Shown piece after piece: positions 60,657-64,000 of a DNA stretch of 64,000 nucleotides; positions within the stretch are counted from its first letter, which is position 1, and the number at the start of each line of letters is the position of its first letter. The notes below the pieces were generated by a model. That model had not been told where the DNA came from, made no database searches, and saw nothing but the letters and a program-made list of their open reading frames with translations. This stretch comes from Candidatus Bathyarchaeota archaeon (lineage in GTDB: Archaea > Thermoproteota > Bathyarchaeia > Bathyarchaeales > Bathycorpusculaceae), in assembly GCA_963775895.1 (NCBI GenBank), contig CAVZKL010000017.1:96001-160000 (forward strand), written 5' to 3'. The position numbers were made by a program, and so were the translations under genes.

Positions 60657-61880
60657 ATGAAGACAGACCTCGTTTTCAAAGAAATAGAAAAGATGCAGAA
60701 CGAAATGACTCAAACTCTAATGGAGCTCATTCGCATTCCTGCAATAGCTCCTGAAAGCGGTGGAGACGGTGAAACCAAGAAAGCCGAAAAACTCGAACAC
60801 GTCCTAGGGAAGATGGGCTTCTCTAACATACGACATTTTGACGCAGATGACGATAGAGTTTCTTCCAAGAAAAGACCCAACATCATCGTTACGATTGACG
60901 GTGAAACGAAGGAGAGGCTGTGGATTGTCACGCACGTCGACGTAGTTCCGCCGGGCGAAGAAGCTCTGTGGACCGTTACGAAACCTTTTGATCCGAAAGT
61001 CAAAGACGGAAAGGTCTACGGAAGAGGTGTCGAAGACAACATGCAGTCAATGATATCATCCTTATGGGCTGCAAAGGCTTTGATGAACTTGAGAATCACG
61101 CCAAAGCGGACCATCGTCCTGTGCTTCGTCGCGGACGAGGAGCAAGGAAGCAAATTCGGAATACAACACCTAATACGGCAAAACCTTTTCAGGAAAGATG
61201 ATCTGGTGTTGGTGCCGGACGGTGGGAAGAGCGACGGCAGTTTCATCGAGATCGCTGAAAAGAGTTCGCTCTGGTTGAGAATCACCACCATAGGAAAACA
61301 GACGCATGCAAGTATGCCAAGCGACGGATTGAACGCCAATCGCGTGGGCATGGAATTCTCAATCGCTCTCGATCAGATGCTGCACGAAAAATACCCAGCA
61401 AGAGATGAGTACTTCGACCCGCCAGAGAGCACGTTTGAGCCTACGAAGAAGGAAAAGAACGTAGACGCCATAAACATCGTTCCTGGAGAAGACATAGTTT
61501 ATGTTGATTCCAGAATTCTGCCTCGCTATGACGTTGACGAGGTCCTGAAGGAAATAAAGTCGCTTGCAGCCGATTTTGAGAAGAAAACAGGAGCGAAGAT
61601 AACGATCGATGTCGTCTACAAGACCATTGCTCCTAAGCCCACGGACGCCAATGCGAAAATCGTGACTTTGCTGAGAGAAGCAGTGCAATCAGTAAGAGGG
61701 GTCAAATCGACGGTCGGTGGAATCGGCGGAGGAACATGCGCGGCGTACTTTAGGAAAATCGGAATTCCCGCCGCTGTTTGGTCCACCGTTGACGAGATGG
61801 CCCATCAACCCAACGAGTACGCAAAAATCGAAAACATGATCAACGACGCCAAGGTTTTTGCCCTATTGGCTATGGAATGA
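60657..61880 (+). CDS. M20 family metallohydrolase (DapE/ArgE-like)
   Basis: HVDVVP.G, GRG.ED, DEE.G, HAS.P, GGGT, AHQPNEY. Confidence 0.88.
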   Translation: MKTDLVFKEIEKMQNEMTQTLMELIRIPAIAPESGGDGETKKAEKLEHVLGKMGFSNIRHFDADDDRVSSKKRPNIIVTIDGETKERLWIVTHVDVVPPGEEALWTVTKPFDPKVKDGKVYGRGVEDNMQSMISSLWAAKALMNLRITPKRTIVLCFVADEEQGSKFGIQHLIRQNLFRKDDLVLVPDGGKSDGSFIEIAEKSSLWLRITTIGKQTHASMPSDGLNANRVGMEFSIALDQMLHEKYPARDEYFDPPESTFEPTKKEKNVDAINIVPGEDIVYVDSRILPRYDVDEVLKEIKSLAADFEKKTGAKITIDVVYKTIAPKPTDANAKIVTLLREAVQSVRGVKSTVGGIGGGTCAAYFRKIGIPAAVWSTVDEMAHQPNEYAKIENMINDAKVFALLAME

Positions 61881-61951
61881 GCCTTTGCTTCTGCAAACTA
61901 GTAAGGAAAATCATATATTCGCTGAAATCAATCTTCAAGTCAGGTATTGCT

Positions 61952-62363
61952 ATGAGTGAAAAACCGACTACTGCTTACCTACTCTCTCTGATTGGCGGAA
62001 TATTCGTATTCCTAGGTGGGCTTCTGTGGGCAGCTGTGGGCGCGCTCATCGCGTTCTTGACCGGTTTTGGCTTTCTTCTATGGGCTTTTCTGATCTTTGG
62101 AATCGTAATCATCATCGGTGCAGTGCAGCATGAACAGTAATCCAAATTCGACGCACACTTGGGGTATCGTTATCCTTGTTCTCGGAGTCATTTCACTCTT
62201 CGGCGTGGTAACAGCGCTCGGTGGATTACTGGCGATAATTGGCGGAGCAATGGCATTATCCTGGAAGCCCTCAACCCCCACACCCACGCCAATAAGCATC
62301 CTAGACTCAGCAACCCTTTCTTTTTTTGGTTGCAACCGGACTAATCGCGCGAGCCGCCTGTAG
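61952..62363 (+). CDS. membrane protein, frameshifted; end uncertain
   Basis: KPTTAYLLSLIGG...; WGIVILVLG...GGLLAIIGG. Confidence 0.55.
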
Positions 62364-62412
62364 GGCTGTAAGAAAAGCTTATAGCCTTGGTTGGATAATC
62401 CATCCAACAACC

Positions 62413-62703
62413 ATGGACTCCAACAAGATAGCCGTTATTGCAGTTCTTGTCGCGTTGGAAACAGCAACAAACTATGCGATGATTCCGCTTTACAACGTAA
62501 AACTGATGGACATAATAGTTTTCATTGGCGGTTTCTTGTTCGGGCCACTGGTTGGGGCGTCGATTGGCGTCTTCTCCTGGACAGTTTATGGAACGTTGAA
62601 CCCGTTGGGTTTCTCGGTTAACATATGGGTGGCTACAATGCTTTCTGAGACAGTCTTCGGGGTTGTCGGAGGCTTGGTTGGCAAGACCACGATTTTAAGC
62701 TGA
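62413..62703 (+). CDS. ECF S-component-like protein, apparently truncated
   Basis: NVKL.D.IVF..G..FGP..G..IG, YGTLNP.G; 96 aa is about half the usual length. Confidence 0.55.
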   Translation: MDSNKIAVIAVLVALETATNYAMIPLYNVKLMDIIVFIGGFLFGPLVGASIGVFSWTVYGTLNPLGFSVNIWVATMLSETVFGVVGGLVGKTTILS

Positions 62704-62725
62704 TAACCTGTGATAGATAAACTGC

Positions 62726-63439
62726 TTGCACAGGGAAGGGAAGAATCTGAAAGCTTCAAACATTTTCTCCCAAGCTGAGAAGGAAGGAAGAAAAGCCTTA
62801 CTCGAAACCGAAGCGAAGACCGTCTGCATGGAATACGGCATCCCAGTTACGAAGTTTGAACTCGCAAAGAACAAAGCAGACGCCGTAAGATTCGCGGAAT
62901 CAATCGGCTTTCCAGTAGTTTTGAAAATAGTCTCACCTGAAGTGATCCACAAGTCTGACGTCGGAGGCGTTGTCATCGGGATAAAAAACGCCAAAGAAGT
63001 GACAGACGCCTACGAGAAAATCATGGAAAACGTTAAGAGAAACGTTCCAAAAGCAAGAATTGAAGGCATGTTGATTCAGGAAATGGCTCCGTCAGGAACA
63101 GAGGTTATAGTGGGATCTGTAAAAGACCTTCAGTTTGGGCCAGCCATAATGTTTGGGCTCGGTGGCATCTTTGTCGAGGTACTGAAAGACGTGACTTTCA
63201 GAATCGCGCCGATAACGGAAGACGAGGCAATGGAGATGATAGGTGAAGTCAAAGCTTATCCTTTGCTCAAAGGTTACCGGAACACCCCGCCTGTCGACCT
63301 TGAAGCTATAACCAAAATTCTGCTTGACACGTCAAAACTAGTTATGGAACATATGGAGATCAAGGAATTAGACCTTAATCCAATCATAGTTTATGAAAAA
63401 GGAGCAAAAACCGTCGACGCACGCATAATTCTAGAATAG
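62726..63439 (+). CDS. acdB: ADP-forming acyl-CoA synthetase beta subunit
   Basis: GFPVVLKIVSP...HKSDVGGV, FGP.IMFGLGG.FVE, ELDLNP, VDARI. Confidence 0.9.
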   Translation: MHREGKNLKASNIFSQAEKEGRKALLETEAKTVCMEYGIPVTKFELAKNKADAVRFAESIGFPVVLKIVSPEVIHKSDVGGVVIGIKNAKEVTDAYEKIMENVKRNVPKARIEGMLIQEMAPSGTEVIVGSVKDLQFGPAIMFGLGGIFVEVLKDVTFRIAPITEDEAMEMIGEVKAYPLLKGYRNTPPVDLEAITKILLDTSKLVMEHMEIKELDLNPIIVYEKGAKTVDARIILE

Positions 63440-63557
63440 GTTTTCACCCTCTCTTTTTCACCTTTCGCGTCAAGAAGACAATCTGGGCGCGAACTCCTCA
63501 GAAGGGCAAAAGTAATAAAACAGATTCTGGAATGCACAAGACTGAAGGAAAGCTGAC

Positions 63558-64000
63558 TTGTCAGCACAGCAAAAGAACCGCACGATCGAAGAACTTGAAG
63601 AGAAACTTAGGCTGCTGAAAGAGAAGAGGGCAACCTCGTACGATCATGCGACAGAATTTGCTGAAAATCGTGACAAGCTCAACGACAGGGTCAAAAATGT
63701 CCGCGGGGAGATCGAACAGCTGCGCGAACAGAGAGACGAAATAAACTGCAGGGTCAAAACGCTGAAACAGCAAAGAAACGACCTGACTTCAAAAATCAGC
63801 GAGAAAATCGAAGAAATCAAGAACCTGCGAGAAAAAGTCATAGACACGGCTCGGAAAAGGTCTTCCAAGAGCCACCAGACACTGCAGGAAGAAGTCGAAA
63901 GAATAGACTGGCAGATACAGACCACCCCACATACTCTGCAAGAAGACAAGGATCTCGTGGAGAAGGTAAAGGAACTTGAAGGTCAATTAAACGTTCATAA
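63558..64000 (+). CDS. archaeal coiled-coil protein (COG1340-like), partial
   Basis: Open frame from TTG at 63558 to the window end: RDKLN..V..REQRDEIN..QRNDL..DWQIQTT. Confidence 0.7.
   Translation, partial: MSAQQKNRTIEELEEKLRLLKEKRATSYDHATEFAENRDKLNDRVKNVRGEIEQLREQRDEINCRVKTLKQQRNDLTSKISEKIEEIKNLREKVIDTARKRSSKSHQTLQEEVERIDWQIQTTPHTLQEDKDLVEKVKELEGQLNVH

Overview
Archaeal chromosomal window, most likely Bathyarchaeia (TACK). The lineage call is an inference from EF-1alpha, uS12/uS7, Dph5, a type IB topoisomerase, short XPF, AMP phosphorylase, LipS1/LipS2 and dockerin-bearing surface proteins. It is mostly housekeeping and metabolic DNA: cysS, dinB, the pentose-bisphosphate pair, CoA and flavin biosynthesis, tRNA-Lys(CTT), and a peptide/amino-acid fermentation cluster (IorAB, a tyrosine phenol-lyase-like enzyme, Acd/Hbd/Crt, CoA-transferase, AcdB). 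Many genes, including essential ones, are split by 1-nt indels that look like long-read consensus errors, so several coordinates join ORF fragments. The standout is a complete 3,195-bp cargo-carrying transposon at 7663-10857. It has 52-bp bipartite terminal inverted repeats starting GGTTCTGT (IS6-like), a perfect 8-bp target-site duplication (CGATTCCT) and a SWIM/Zn-ribbon/HTH/DDE transposase. It also carries a divergent operon led by a ribbon-helix-helix gene and three small membrane-protein passengers. Other oddities are intergenic (CG)n tracts, an acyl-CoA dehydrogenase-wHTH fusion, and DRE-TIM and DRG GTPase homologues with degenerate catalytic motifs. All calls come from motif recognition by eye; no searches were run.
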